NCBI RefSeq assembly: GCF_002105155.1
Contig: NW_019028996.1
Location: 682,001 to 746,000, forward strand
Length of the DNA: 64,000 nucleotides
Direction: 5' to 3'
Source of the DNA: Lobosporangium transversale
Taxonomy: Eukaryota
A program made the translations under genes and the position numbers. How positions within the stretch are numbered: the first letter of the stretch is position 1; each line of letters begins with the position of its first letter. Shown piece after piece: positions 1 through 14,483 of the stretch. Under the pieces are notes generated by a model. The model ran no database searches. It worked only from the letters and a program-made list of their open reading frames with translations, and had not been told where the DNA came from.

Positions 1-3000
1 CTGGCAACTGGTTCGCCTGAGAAGGTATGCATTTCTAATTTCTTCCATTTCCTTATGCCTACGCCTCTTTATTCTTACACAATGCTTTGTATCGGTGACT
101 GTATAGATCATTAGGGTCTGGGATCCAAGATCAGGACAGCGGATTACTAAGTTTGCTGGCCACACTGACAACATTCGTGCACTCCTAATTAGTGAGAGCG
201 GAGATACGGTAATAGCAAATAAAATTTATTTCGAACCCTTTTATTTTATTTTATTTATTTTTTTTTCAACAAGATTGTTTAGAAGGCTGGGGAAGAACTA
301 TTACTATGTTCTATATCGTTTAAACCATTTATTTTTGATGGTTTAGATATTATCTGCATCCTCCGATACTACTATCAAGCTATGGTCTTTGACAGCTCAG
401 AGATGCATTACCACATTCACCATGCACTCGGATTCTGTTTGGTCACTATACTCGGACCACCCTCAATTGGCTACTTTCTACGGCGGTGGAAAGGATGGCA
501 TAGTCACCAAGACGGAAATCAATCGCTACAATCCTCAGCATCACAGCGATTTTGAGGATGAAGATCCTGGACAGTGTGTTGTCATCTGCAAAGCCGAAAC
601 TGGTGTTGCTAGAGTAAGTTGTTCAGAGAAGTAAAAGGGCTCTTATGTAAAAAAAAAAAAAAAAAAAAAAAAATGTTACCCCGCCATAGCTTTAACCTTT
701 TCGTGTAATGGACATAGTTGGTGGCGCATGATAATGCACGGATCTGGACTGCAACCTCATCAAGCAGTGTTTTCCAGTGGCCTGACATTCCTACGCGTGC
801 TAACCGTGCGCCAGAAATGATTGCGTCTATTGTACCGGCCAATTTGCTTAAGATGAACCTCAATGAATCAACATTTACGGATCTAATTCCAGAGCACTAC
901 TATCCGACTTCAACCGTCTATTCTGCAGCATCATTAGGATCACTCTTTGTTAGTCATCGCGATAAGCAAAGCCAGCATAGCTCTGAGGATGATGAGGGCC
1001 TTATCGCACCCATATTTGAAGATCCAGAGAATGTGATTGAAGGAGAGCATGGATTAATCAAACACACGCTTTTGAACAACCGTCGTATGGTTGTAACTGA
1101 GGATAAATGTGGCGAAGTGGCGCTCTGGGATATCATCAAGGTTAAGAGAGAAAAAAAAAAGAAAAAACTTCATACGCCAAGTTTTGGCCACATGTGCCTA
1201 TATAACTTACTCATCATCCAGCAGCCTTTTTTTTCCTCTTCGAACTACATCAGTGCATTCAATTGGATACATTTCCTGGACGTAAATTGGATGATGTTGT
1301 GAATGAGCTCAACACGATCGAGTCTGTGCCAACATGGTGCACAATTGACACACGCATAGGAGCATTGACAGTTCATTTGGATGAAGGCCGCTGCTTTGAC
1401 GCAGAGGTATATGTCGATGAAATCGAAGAAATACCTGACCCCGAGCGACCAGAAGACCAGAGAAGTATGCTGCTATGCTGCGGCCTTCCCACAGCCAGGG
1501 TTGCTGCTATTCATATCGTGAACCTTATTTTTTACTAACTTGCTTTCGCTTTTTTTTATCTGTAGTTGTCATTGGTAAATGGGTACTGAAAAATCTGTTT
1601 GATAACTATGTGCCAGTGCATATTGAGGCATATGAAAAGGAGACTTATCGTATTCAGCATCCGAATGACTCAGCCACTCAGCTGTCCGTCTCTACAACAG
1701 CATTGAATGAGAAAGGCGTTGAAAGCGGTGGATATGACACAAAGAAGTCTGACCTGCCAGCGGTTGCAAGCGATGGAAGCCGGCCACCTGTCATCAACAC
1801 TACGCCCGAAGCATTGAAGGAACCCCTCGCATCTTCGGAGCTTCCAACCATCTCCAGTGATAACTCCAAAGCTAATAATTCATCACCTCATCAGGATTCT
1901 TTAGCAACTGTAGCAGGCAGCTCACCAAGCTCTTCTAGGGAAGGCTCAGTGTCCGTAGCGCCAACTACGGGTACTACTGCAGCAGCAGCAGCTACAGCTT
2001 CCACCAATGTTGCGCCCACTAGCTCTGGAGGGAAATTGAGCGCGCTAGGATCGCATACAGCCTCATCATCTGTTCCTTCGACCCCATTATCAATATCCTC
2101 GACAACGAGTACGGCCGCGAGCTCCAGTAATGGGTTCATGGGCCGTCTGAAGCACTCTGTTAAGAAGCTTACGAGGACGCCTAGTTCAGAGCAAAAGTTT
2201 GAAAATGGGCGGTCGATGTCATCTAAGAAGAGTGTGGGAACCATTGCTATCCCGATGAGCGGCGGTGTCTCCAAAGCCCCCAACAGTCCTTCTATTCCAG
2301 AACACCCATCGCCATTCCCGGCGATCACAACATCTGCTACTGCTTCCACATCGGCCAGCGGAGCAGGAGTTGGGACAGGAACTTCGACCTCTACAGCATC
2401 GTCACCAAGGACTACTGTCATAGACGGAACACCAACACCCGGAGGATCGGCTGGATTAGGTGGAACTAAAGTTAACGAAGATGATCAAGCAACCTCTGAC
2501 ACTACATCGTCACATTCAATCGAGTCTATCCCCAGTCCTGTACAGCAGCTCCCGAATCCCGCTATCAGTATGCGCCCCCCACATCCACCGTTCACTCCGC
2601 TTACGCATCTAGATTGCCCAACGGTCCCTATCCCTGCACATATCCCAGTAATTATTTCTGAGCAGTCGCGGGAAGCCTCTTCGTCTGTAGATTTGTATCG
2701 TGGTACTGTAGGCTCTTTGGGATATGACTATGTACCACTAGTGCAAGTTATACCTACATGGTTATTGGAAGTGCTTTTGAAGAACATGATACCGGTCAAA
2801 GAGACGCCAAAGGTTTCATTTGTGCTACGACCACATCATGAACAGGATATTACTCTATCGCTGCCAGGCTCTGGACGGTTGGGCGAGCTCCCAGGAGGCA
2901 ATCCAAGATTGACTGCACCGCGGATGCTGAGAGTACGCAAGGTTGTGGCACATGTAGTCGATAAGCTGGCATTGACGCCCCCTAAAAGAGCTTCGATATC

Positions 3001-3463
3001 AGTATCAATAAGCGACCCAGCAAGTAGAGCAGTAGTTGTTGATGCTGCATTCCAGCGTGGCCATACACAGACTAACCAGCCTCCACTTCCTCCGCGATCA
3101 ATCGAAGCGGCGGAAACCAGTGCGAGAGGACCAGCTATCGTTGGTAGTGCCGACCAGCCTCCACCACCAGGGAATAAATCGCAAAGTGTGGGTCCATCGG
3201 TTTCAATCGTTACAAAGACTGGAGAGCAAGAAGAAGAAGAAGAAGAGTTTTGGAGGCAAGAGGCACTGCGCCCAGAGAATTGGCTTGAAATCCTATGTAA
3301 CGACCAGGTCCTATCACCGACGATGACATTGGCGACTGTTCGCACACATTATTGGAAGACAGGGAGCGATGTAGTCCTGACTTACCGATATAAGCAACAG
3401 AACATGGCAATAGTATCAACTCTAACAACTACCCCATCGCTATTGCCGTCGTCAGCAACATAG
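1..3463 (+). CDS. WDR48: WD-repeat protein 48-like (UAF1/Duf1/Bun107), multi-exon, 5' end outside window
   Basis: WD40 text across exons ([58 protein letters not shown]). C-terminal motifs [13 protein letters not shown] and [38 protein letters not shown] introns (e.g. ~25-107, ~209-348); stop at 3463. Confidence 0.88.
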
Positions 3464-3641
3464 AGCCGCATAATAGTTGTTATATACATGTATATTTATA
3501 TATATTAAAAAAAAAATAAAAAAAAAAAAATATTACGATTATTGGACTATTTTTATTTGCATTATGGACATCAGGATAGTAAAAAAAAACATATCAAAGC
3601 GTTAATGCTTTTTAGGTGAATTGTCATGGTAGTCATAACTA

Positions 3642-5321
3642 TTAATGATGATGTGATGGCTGGTGACGGTAAGGCAGGATCTCATCATCATTATCATCAT
3701 CATCTTCGCCATTACCTGCCAACAAAGCCTCTGAGCTAGATCTATCATTCACTTGCGTACTCCCGGTACGATCCTGAGACCAAGGCCAGCCAGTTAAAAA
3801 ATAATCTCCCAGTTGTCCTAGTCCTCTCCCTCTTCCTTTTCCTCCTCCCCTTCCTTCCTCTACGGCAGACGCATGATACCGCCGTCGGGCTGCACCTTTC
3901 CAGTACTTTGAATAGATGATAGTCTGGATAATTATGACGCAATCGACACAAAGTTGGATGATGCCACAGCCAATAAACTGATATTTGGCTCCTGTGGTAA
4001 TATAGTAATATGTTTTAAATGAGTCTCCGACGACCCACATTAATAAAATCGCTGGCGAGAACCCAGCAGTTGATTTTGATTGATAGTTTTGAATTGCTTG
4101 AGGCATTGGTACGGTCGATTCGATCCCTAATGCCTAATTGTGGACATTAAGACGACAAAGGTTAATATGCGGACCAAATTATACAGTTATAAACAATGTA
4201 ATAATAAAAGGAAAGGATAAAGATAATGCTTACTGCAAGGCCCAAGAGGCCAACATAAAATTCAGTCTTCCCGATGATCAAGAGGGACAGCCCGACGAAC
4301 AAGGTGAAGAAGGCAAGAAAGATATAATATGGCCAGATAGTGGGCCAGTTCCAAAAATGAGTACCCCAGTAAATTGCATGTTTCTTGTACCATCCTTGAC
4401 TATGATACCTTGAAGCTCTGGTAGTGATGTGGTCAGATCCTTGACGACTCATTGTCGTTGGGATAGTATAACTGTTGTTGCTGTTGTTATGAGAATTGCG
4501 AGAGGAAGGACGAGAGGGAGGGCGAGAATGTGTGATAGGTGTAGGCAACTGTACTGTCCAGGGGTAGTACCGTACACAGAGTTCCAGGAGGAAAAGTTGC
4601 ACAACAGTCATCAATATGGACTGATACAACAGCGCTATGTCGAATCTTGTTATACCGGGTATTGAAAGAGGAAAGAAAGCATTGTCAGTTGGATTTGACT
4701 GTCAACTAATCTCATTGCATTTTATCATTCTGGACTCCTTGGACTTACGGGTCTCCGATCCTGTTATGAACCAAACAAGTGTTGAAGTTTTGTATTTGTT
4801 GGTCGCCAAGGATTTTAAAAAAATGGAATGGTATATGAACAATTCAGGTGTGCCAAGAATTAGTTAATAATCTCTGCATAAGCATATCTTCCGCTCAGCC
4901 AGCTATTTTTTGTCAAAACCATCCAACAAAAGAAAGAAAAGACACCAGCCATGCAACAAGAAAGGCGGTGGCTGTGATGGCTACGACGGCCATGCTGATC
5001 ACCAAATAAAGTAAATATTTACACATTCTTCACGCACACACACTTACCAGAAAAAGATACGGATGATGCTAAGAGGATATTCAAAAGAGAAAAATAAAAA
5101 CATCAGTCAAACAGACCTCTGACGTAAATATTCTTGATGATGGCTCTATAATACCTTGATATGATAAGTACACCACAAGTGACACTACTGAATCCTATGG
5201 ATGTCTTCATATTGTACATGGTGTAGTATTGATGAAAGTATCCACTGACAGGACCAATCACCATGGCTATGCGGATGAAATCCCAGGGCGCTGGCTCTGT
5301 TGGGTCTGCACTGACTGACAT
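3642..5321 (-). CDS. PQ-loop repeat membrane protein (PQLC1/Any1-like), multi-exon
   Basis: Exons read MSVSADPTEPAPWDFIRIAMVIGPVSGYFHQY..GFSSVTCGVLII, YQSILMTVVQLFLLELCVRY, FWNWPTIWPY and ESTVPMPQAIQNYQSKSTAGFS..LMWVVGDSFKTYYY. Confidence 0.85.
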
Positions 5322-5367
5322 GACAGGGCGAAGCAATTAAGCCAATCAAAGTAGAGCCGGATGTTAA

Positions 5368-5402
<35 letters not shown>

Positions 5403-5458
5403 AAAGTAAATGTCAAGACAAATGTATGAATGGAAGAATGGAGAGAACGAAAAATTGC

Positions 5459-5494
<36 letters not shown>

Positions 5495-5632
5495 TGAAAA
5501 AAGCCAAGAGAATGCTTTTTTTTTTTTTTTTTATTTAGTCGGCTCTTTATCCTATCCTCCTAGACAAACATGAACCGTGAAACAGTTATGGCGTCATGTC
5601 ATATTCCAAACAACGCGTTTTTTTTTTTTTTC

Positions 5633-6920
5633 TTAGTGAGTCTTAAGGCTAGATCGGATTGCCTGGATGCCAATGTCGTTCCCAAGAGCTACTCCTCCTA
5701 CTGTGGCCTCGGATGTCTGCGCCATCACTACATCTGCTTCAAACGACCGTCTTGCAAGCCCTTTGACTGCAATGCCCTCAACCGAAGTCACACCAATACT
5801 ATCACTCAACCGCGATAACCAGTTGCTCTTGACACCAAATTCCTTCCTACGCACACCCAATTCTGCCTTCGTTGGGATACTGTCCAGGACCATGCCCACA
5901 AATGTCCTCAGCCCCAGATATGTATGCTCAGAGATCAACAAACACAGCAGGAGCATGCCCAGACTCAAACGGACTCCATGGCCATCCGAGCCATGGAAAA
6001 GATAGAGGATCGATGCATTGGTCAAGGATGAGAACCAAGTGATATGCTGAAGGTTGTCAACCCAGGGTCCAATTGAATCTGCTCGCGAGGGGATTGGGCG
6101 ACGAGCATTATAGCTGATCTTGGCGGCATCAGATCTTAACTCGATCCAATTATTGACAAATGCACAAAGACCTGTCAACGGCCAGATCACACTGAACAGC
6201 GACACATATCCAAACTAAACATAAAAAGAATAAACAAATAAACAATATTAAAGTGGGAGTTCAAATGTGTCCCTCTCCAAAACAACTGCAAGCATGATTA
6301 GGACCTGGATTTTACCTGCAAAACCATCTCGGCATAATCTTCATTGACATCGTATGTAGGCAGGTCTGCTTGCTTCTGCACACGTTTCAAAAACTTTTTG
6401 GCTTCCTCAGAGTCCTGTTCATCGACCACTGAAAGAGCGCTGGAAGATCCTTTTTCTTTATTTAAACCCTGTTGGAGCTTAGCTGCCTTTGTCACAGCAC
6501 GCCTAGTCAACCATGGTACAATCGTCTCCGTGACGAACGAGATGGCTTGTGTAGTGATCATAAAGGCCTTGAGACGATTCTGCAACATGGCTGAGTCTAT
6601 GGTTGCCTTAGAAAACGAGATACCGTAGCTCTGGAAGGTGGAGATGACCTCAGGTCCGAATGGAATGTAAACATATGCCGTCAACAGGATCGACATGTAA
6701 CTCGTAAGAGCATTGAAAATGAAGACCTTCTGCATCAAATGGTATTCATAACTGGCATGTGTCTCGTAGTTCTCGTAATCGGTCAAGCGTCGGGAGATAG
6801 TTTTGCACAGCGCTGCTACGTTGGGAATAGCAAGTGAGTATAGAGCCATAGGCAGATAAATCTTTATGGTAAAAGAAGGAATAATCAGTATTTTCATTGT
6901 AAGTAGTAAATATTGATATG

Positions 6921-6953
<33 letters not shown>

Positions 6954-8373
6954 GACTGCCCTGGAATGCAATCATGCTTCTTTGCTTCTTTGAGAGAATA
7001 TCACTTTCTCTTGTAGCACTTACTAATATACTCTTCATATACCCATCGTAGTAGATTGTCAGAAAAACTTCTATGCTGAATACAGTGGTAATCACAGCAG
7101 CCAAAGCTAATGCACCCCCAATGACGATAGGGACTCCAGCCAGCTTTCGTGACCATCGCTTCCAGGGCGAGAAGAATGGTAGTATCTCCCCTGTCACTGG
7201 GTCACGTTTCTCAGTGTCACCCTTGAAAGCAGGCCGCCTCGTCTCAGTTTTGGATACATGGCGGACCCCCCACAAGAGCGAGAGTTCCTTCTGCCGACGT
7301 TTCCAACACTCTGTAAACAGGACAGACCACAAGATCACAAAAATTCCGTAAAAGATGGAGAAAGGCGATCCCAAGTAATAGACGACCACTCCAAGAATTG
7401 TGGGTGCTGTCAGCCATTGGAAATAAAACTGTAGGAACTCAAAGTAGAAGGCCACCTTCTCACCAAACTGACCTCTGACTTTTGAGAGGTCGTCCTCCTT
7501 CACAATCCATTTTGTTGACCAGGATTTGAGCCAGGCCTGATCATAATAGAAAATAAATTGATGTCAATTGTTAAAAAGTAAAAAATAGTGACGTACAAAA
7601 AACAATATCCCAAACTTAATAATTGTTGTACCTTGTTGAATGCTTTGTCATGAAGAGGCAGGATACTTTCAACGTACTCATCTTGACCAGGATAAATTCC
7701 TGCGCCTCCTTCTCCAGGCAATCCAGAGATGAGATCCGTAATAAGGCGGATACGGTCTGAATCACTGATACTATCCAAAGAATTATCGCGCGACTTTGCT
7801 GGTTTGAGTAGCTGCTCTGTTTCTTCTGTGTCAGCAACTTTGACACCTGCTAGCCAATCTTGGATACTTTTTTATAAAAAATAAAAAATAAAAAATAAAG
7901 AAATAGAAAAAGATTAGTGATGCTGTTTACGAATCACCTATGCAAACAAATTGTAATGTAATGGGTTTATCCAGCCATATGAACACGAACAAATACCTGC
8001 TGCGTGTTGCTTCACGTTTCAAGACGGTCCAAGGGCAGATAATGAAGATGAAGAGAGTATTATTGTTCCCCGGGCGAGTCTCGTGCTGGAGTCCGACACG
8101 GTCTAACTTTTGGAGCACTCTTTGGTATGCTTTGATAGTCTTTTGCTCATAGTCTGCCTTGGAGACGCCTTTTCCGGGTATGCTGTATCTAAACACAATA
8201 ACAAGATCTGCATAGTAATCAAGATTCTTGGGCCGGGCGCTATTGTCGTAGGCAGCTTCAGAGTCTTGGCCCGGGAGATATGCCTGGACAGCGGTGGAGT
8301 AGATCTTGTGAAAGCGGAAGTGCGACGGCTCGGTCGCCTGCAGGCCAGACGTTGGTGCTGCAGTAGTGGTCAT
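5633..8373 (-). CDS. IST2: Anoctamin/TMEM16 family (Ist2-like) scramblase/channel, multi-exon
   Basis: Motifs ILPLHDK, VRGQFGEKVAFYFEFLQFY, LTDYENYET, EDYAEMVLQ, NNWIELRSDAAK, RADSIGPW. Confidence 0.9.
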
Positions 8374-8671
8374 ATGAAGGGAGTTTTCGTTTAATATAGA
8401 GATAGGTTGGTGTTACGTCCTTTAGGCTTTTCAACAAAATGATTTGATCAGAATGAAATTTGGAATGAAAGAAAGGAAACGAAATTATGAAGCAAATCTT
8501 TTTTTTTTTTTTTTTTTTCAGTTTCATGGTCCTTTGGGGCTGGATTGATTATGAGCAATTGCCCAATGCGCCTGCAGCTGCAAGAATTTTATACAATTCT
8601 TATGACCACCATCCACCATCATCATGCCGTAAGCGCTATTTGGCTATTTGGACCGCCTTTTATTTATAAGA

Positions 8672-9979
8672 CTACAGTTCACGAGCAAGACCTATCTCAA
8701 TGACTGTATAGAGCTCAAGAGCTTCGGGAGGCTGAGGCATGGTTTTCAGAATCTCAGCTGCAGAGATGGCACGTCCATAAAATGCCGCATTCGCTTCCTT
8801 GCGCTCAAGAAGGATGGTACCATCCAAGGAAACACCTGCAAAGAGACCCTTGGATTTTGTGTATGAAAAGACAGATGACGCAGCTGCAACAACCTGTGAA
8901 CTAGTCGCAAGGCCGAGCTCACCCCCAACACCTACAGGTCCTGCGCTAACAGATAGACCACCACCAAGAGAGACGCCTCCACCTTGGACGAACATGGCTT
9001 CAACAGCCTCATCTGTCATCAACACTAGAACGACATCTGTGACATCTGCGCCCACCTGCGCTCCGAATCCGACACCTCCGGTTGCAATGAAACTGGGAGC
9101 AGACCATTGACCATCATCCTTCCTGATCACTGCTACTCCACTGCCTCCACGTGCACTCACAATAAATCCCTATGGTCCAAAAGATAAACAAAATCATAAT
9201 AAAGTAAGTACTATGAGCTATAGGATCTTTGGAAGGATGAATTGAGCAAACCCAAAGGGACTCACAGCTTTGACGACAGTGTAGATGGCTAGTCCTTTGG
9301 CCTTGCGTAAAATCCCAGGGGGAATGATGTTATCAAATCCGGTCTCATTCTCCTCTTTGTCGACAAAGCTACGGAGCAAATTGGCAGCCTTTTTGAGATC
9401 CTCAGTGACATTTTCGTCGGGTAGAGGTGAGGAAATGTTGGCATTCTTGGCAGTATCGGTCATTTGACGAGTTGTCACGGCGGCGGTCTCTTGGAAGCGC
9501 TTACCAGCCTCAGTAGCCATCTTGCCCATGTCTAATTTTATTTATAATGGACAGAACAATGCAAGACTATTAACAATGATCTTCCTCAAGGTATTAGACA
9601 TGCATGAAATCATGGGCTACTTTCGCCAAGCATATTCGATATGAAATGCGTGTATAACCATCCATGTGTAGAATGTCGATTGCTGTTGTTGTTCAACCCT
9701 TTCACTTTTTCTTCGTAGCGGCAAAATTCAAAATTGAAAAAATAGATTCAAAGGGAAATACAATCAACACGAATAATTCCATTCTCTAAAACAGGATCAT
9801 CCGTAAGACTGATTGACTGAACTGAACAGGAAACATAGCTTTCTTTTCATTCATCTGTTACAGAAAGACTCATATGGAAAGTAGAAATTCACAAGAACTG
9901 GATTCTTTATTGACTCCAAAGCATGAATATGATATCATATGGATAACATACCCTGGGCTACACTCTTGAATCTGTCCAT
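8672..9979 (-). CDS. SYLF (Ysc84 actin/lipid-binding) domain protein with no SH3 domain
   Basis: IIPPGILRKAKGLAIYTVVK, SARGGSGVAV..WSAPSFIATGGVGFGAQVGADVTDVVLVL, SKGLFAGVSLDG. A putative first exon MDRFKSVAQ (ATG 9979) splices in frame to D-MGKMATE. Confidence 0.85.
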
Positions 9980-10109
9980 GAATGACATTTTATTTTTTAT
10001 TTTTCGGGAATTTGATTGTGGGTAGTTGTGGTGGAAGAACAATGGAGAGAGATGAATCTTTGTTTGGGTTACAAAGAATTAACTTATCATACGACAAGCA
10101 CGCGGTTCG

Positions 10110-10141
<32 letters not shown>

Positions 10142-10199
10142 CCCAGCCATCGCTCAGATCCCTAGCAGCACGTTGTTCTAGGAGAAAGTATTCCTCTTT

Positions 10200-10960
10200 T
10201 TTGGAATAAAGTTGCAAACTGGGAGAATACCTTAAAAGGCGCAGTATGTGGACGCGAGAGATGTTGCAATGGTAAGGGTTCTGGAAGTTCTTTGACTATT
10301 TTACTACTATTTACATACAAGTACTGTGCTTCCTCATTATCCAGACAATTGGGTGTAGCCTCAATTGCTGTGGATGAACAAATCCATGTCCGTGATCGCT
10401 CGCACCGCATGCCTATTCAGAAAGGTGCTGATATTTAATGATGAAACAAGGCGCAGCTTCGCGGAACACACAAGGAAGCGATGGCCGCTATGGTGGCAAA
10501 TCCCGTGACAGCTGCACCAATACACTGTCCAAGTGTAATGCGTTGCTATGTTTCTTTGTGGATACTTAATAGCCCACTATAATCATTGCTTGGCTGCTAA
10601 CCCCAGTACGAGGCCAAATTCGGAAGATGATCCTTGAGTTTGCTCTCATGTATTGTTAGTCGTGTCTCCTTTACTTTTCTTGGGGAGATATCTTCAAGGA
10701 GCTTCGTCTGGACAAACACAGGGTAGAGCTGGTCATCAATCCGCAGAACAAACACTACACCTAGTCCCGAATGAGGCGACTCTGGGTAGTAAAAAAGCGG
10801 TGCCACAGAGCCACTCCTCCTTGCTTGTAGTGCGCCTCTAAAAAATCGCCCATGGTCAGAGTCTCCTTGTATCGAACTTCCGCTCATAGCCTTGCCATCC
10901 GACAATCGTTGCTTTATGCTTGAACAAATGCCTGGGAAAAGCAATAGGTTCAAATTCAGG
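10200..10960 (-). pseudogene. Degraded nuclease-fold (Crinkler C-terminal-like) fragment
   Basis: LFYYPESPHSGLGVVFVLRIDDQLYPVFVQTKL resembles a PD-(D/E)xK-like QxK core; broken frame and no start. Confidence 0.3.
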
Positions 10961-11465
10961 GATAGGGCTCTTGAGTTTTGCCGTGGGTTGGTGCTTAGCA
11001 GGCTTAGGAATCGAGAATAATTCTTGCTTGAGCTGTTTATTATGGAAAGCGTAAATCAGATCAAAGGGTGTGTGACGCTCAAAGGCTTTCCCGGTGTTTA
11101 TTAACTATTCTTTGGACCGTAGAACGGGCAAATTTGTTCGTTTAACTTTCATCAACTCATGAGTAGGCCAGATCCAGTTCCTAAGAGAAGAAAACAGCCG
11201 GCTTCTCGATTTACAAGGACCAATCAGCAAAATCAATCAGCAAAATCAACCAACCAGCAAAAATCAATCAGTAAAATCCATGTATCAAGCTACATCATTA
11301 CGATGCCACTACATTCATCTTTAAATAGCTTCCGCTCCTCCGCGCATTTCCCAACTTTCACTCTATCCTACCCAGACTTTATCCTCCCTCTTTCTGTCCT
11401 CACTGCTACAGTGGCTTCCAATATTGTCCAAGTGTTTCATTCTTCCAAAGGAAAACTATAAGTGT

Positions 11466-13760
11466 TCAACAGTGAGCAGCGCTTGTGCCCTTGGATCCTA
11501 GATGGGAGCAACCTGGAAGACATACTGCACGAATATTGGGCAGACTATTTGGATCCACTTCGTCCATTTCCTTCAAACATTCATCTCTCCACCACTTGTT
11601 ATTTTTCCCAAAGATATCTTCAATCCAAGGAAAAACTAGCAATTGCAGGGCATTCGATGGCCTGATAGAGTTTCGAAGGAGGAAGAATGACTTAGAATAG
11701 AACCCTGCCATCCCAAGAGCAAACCTCGAAGGCAAGCATGGCAAATAAAAGCTTTCCATGCGGCCTCGTTTTGCGGTCCACCGCCCGCCTGCTTTAATAT
11801 CATCCTGACTTATACCTAGCCTATGGGCTTCGATAGTGCCAGCATGACGGCCCCCATGAGTTTTCCTAGGACTGTTGACATTGTGCTGATCATAAAGGGC
11901 TTCCACAGTACGATAAGTTGATTGAGAGGCGAGACTTTTTGTCCTCTCTTTATTGCCCGGAATGACCTTGAGTTGGACGAAGTCAGAACTGTTAATTGAC
12001 TTTACGACGTCTTTAATTTGAAGGCTCTTGGATTTTTCGTGATCCGAGCCCTTGTGATGAAAGATGATATTAGGATAATAGAAAGTAGAACAAGAAAAGA
12101 ATGTTAATATAATCCATTCATCATTACTACAACACAATAAAGAAAAAAATGAAATTAGAAAAAAAAAAAAAAAAAAAAAAAAAAAGACAGCATGATAAAG
12201 TTGAAATTGAGAACTTACTTGCCAAAGTTGATACATGTAAAAGGCAAAAGCACTAAAGACGCATCTACGTACATCTTCATGTCGCAATGCACACGCATAC
12301 CAGTTTTCATTATTCTTGTTGGTCTTACCCTTGTTAATTTTGAAGGTGAGCCCAATTGGTTGTTGTCCTCCTTCAGTTCTTTGTGTAATGATGGTGCTGA
12401 AGCAATCCGCAAAGTTTAAGTTTCGAAGATCCTCATCCCGAAGCAGCATATTATGCCGTGCAGTTAGACAGAACATGTCCCGATAATTAGTATCATACTC
12501 ACGCGCTCGCATGTTTGGCGAATGTCTTTCCTTCGTCCAAAGTCCCATCAATATACTGTGGAACTGCACGGGGGTGTAAGAATCTCGAAGTGTACAGCCT
12601 GCTTCACGCCTGCCACCCGATCGAACGACATGAGTGTGAAGACTCTCTATATGCTGGATAAGGATGGTTTGGAGTAGCTTCATTTGAGATGGCGAAAGAT
12701 CCCAACTCACATCGTTTCGCTCGGCCTGTAGTGAATGGATTCGAATCAGGACCTTTTTAGCCATCTTTATAGTCTCAGTACCGAGTGATACCGATACGGT
12801 TTTTTTACCAGTTTTATCGACTGGAGCAGCTTCTATTACTATGTCAAAGGCCAACGGCGAGGAGAATATGGGGAGAGAGGAAGTTTCGATAAAAACGATA
12901 TAATACTAACAGAATGTCGACATTGCTATGTCGTCATATACGCGGCACCTTAAATAATACACAGTTGCTCGACATACTTTCGACTAGGCTAGCCCCGTGT
13001 ATAGCCGAAGAATCCTCCTCAGCGGCAAGGTGCGTACGGAAATCTGCTCCTGGTTTAGTGCGCTTGAGTATAGTCTTCTTGAGGATGACTTCTCGAAAAA
13101 AACAAACGACTTTATCCTGTGAGTCCACCAGATATAGGGCACGACCATCTTTATCTGCATACCGTTCGCGATATTTCTCACAAAATGCCTGTTTAGCACA
13201 TTAAGGGCCCATGTCAAGAATGATTTATTAGATGGAGTTGTTAATATTATAGACCCTCTGGCTAGTTGATAGCATTAGAGGAAAATACGAATACCTTATT
13301 AAATTTTATCCATTACATACCTTCCACAGACGATAGGTGGGCTGATATGAGGCAAGCGTTTTTGGTTTAATCCCTGAGCAGTCATTCATGTCATCAACGA
13401 ATCGTTCCTCAGCATCCGGGGGTCCTGACTCTGATACTCGGAAACATATTGCAAAGGTATCGACCTATCAAGCTATTGATCTAGCCTGACCGCGGGTTCG
13501 GCGGGCAAAGATTGATACGGACGCGAATGTAGCTGACTTCTTGACTTTATAAGTTGCTGTTGTGGTGCTTGCGATGCGTTCTTAGGACGTCCTCTGGAAC
13601 GCTTAAGTGATGGGGAAAGCGGTAGCGGTGATATTTCTACATCTAAGGACGGTGCAGCTGTGAGGACATTGGAAGACGCTATTGTAGACACCGTGGCTGA
13701 TCCTAGACTTGACCCTGGCAGCATCCGTTCCTCTGAAAAGAATCCAAATTCCTTTTCCAT
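11466..13760 (-). mobile_element. Crypton-type tyrosine recombinase (Ndc10 domain II-like) gene, spliced, C-terminus probably truncated
   Basis: Ordered catalytic motifs MLLRDEDLR, INKGKTN, THGGRHAG, GGRW, MESFY, then LVFPWIE. AT-hook-like RSRGRPK near the N-terminus. Intron at about 12052-12218 is read through in the ORF track. Confidence 0.75.
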
Positions 13761-14483
13761 TTTTGCTTTTTGAAAAAAATAAAAATAAAAAATCGACTTC
13801 TCTAAGATTAACTCTGCGAAATGACAAAAGTCAGAGAAATGAGAAGTCGATTGCTGAATGCTACGGCTAAAGCAGAATGGCTTTGGGATCTCGACGCAAC
13901 AAGAAGAGGAAAATGTAGGCCGATGAAAGGATGGACAGAATAAAGAGAATGCAATGGACTGCAGTGGCATATAAGAAAATAAAAATCATACTTCATCTAT
14001 AAGCATTGGTTGGACGCGCTTTTGACAAGCGAAAATAAAAAAACTGGTAAGTGCGTTTACCAACTTTCTGTTCCCTTTTATGGAAATTATAACAAAACCA
14101 AAGCATTTTCCTCCCCAAAAAGGCAGGAGTTTACAGAAACGCACTGTCCCCTGAAGAAACGAAAATAATTTCTGACACATAATTTTCAGGCACAATTGCC
14201 GTCTTTTTGCCATCTTCTGCCGTCCTCGATTTTCTTTGACTAGTTCTGTTGGTCCCCCCCATGTGACTTCTGTGAGGCTATCACCTTGGTATTTCCAGTG
14301 GGGCTGAGCCATTTATGAGGCCCAAGGAAGCCCTCACTGGGAGCTGTCTGGGGCCTTTTTATTTTATCATTATTTTTAAAAAAACAGAAAAAACAGAAAA
14401 AACAGGAAAAAAAAAAAAAATTAATTTTTCTTAGACACTTTCTTGAGTCGGACTTTGACCTCAATGACTATTCGAGTGATGCG

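Noticed and set aside
1678..3428. Several minus-strand ORFs of 60-176 aa
   Set aside because: Antisense shadows of the WDR48-like last exon.
5267..5461. Poly-K and poly-F ORFs here and elsewhere
   Set aside because: Produced by intronic or intergenic A/T homopolymers.
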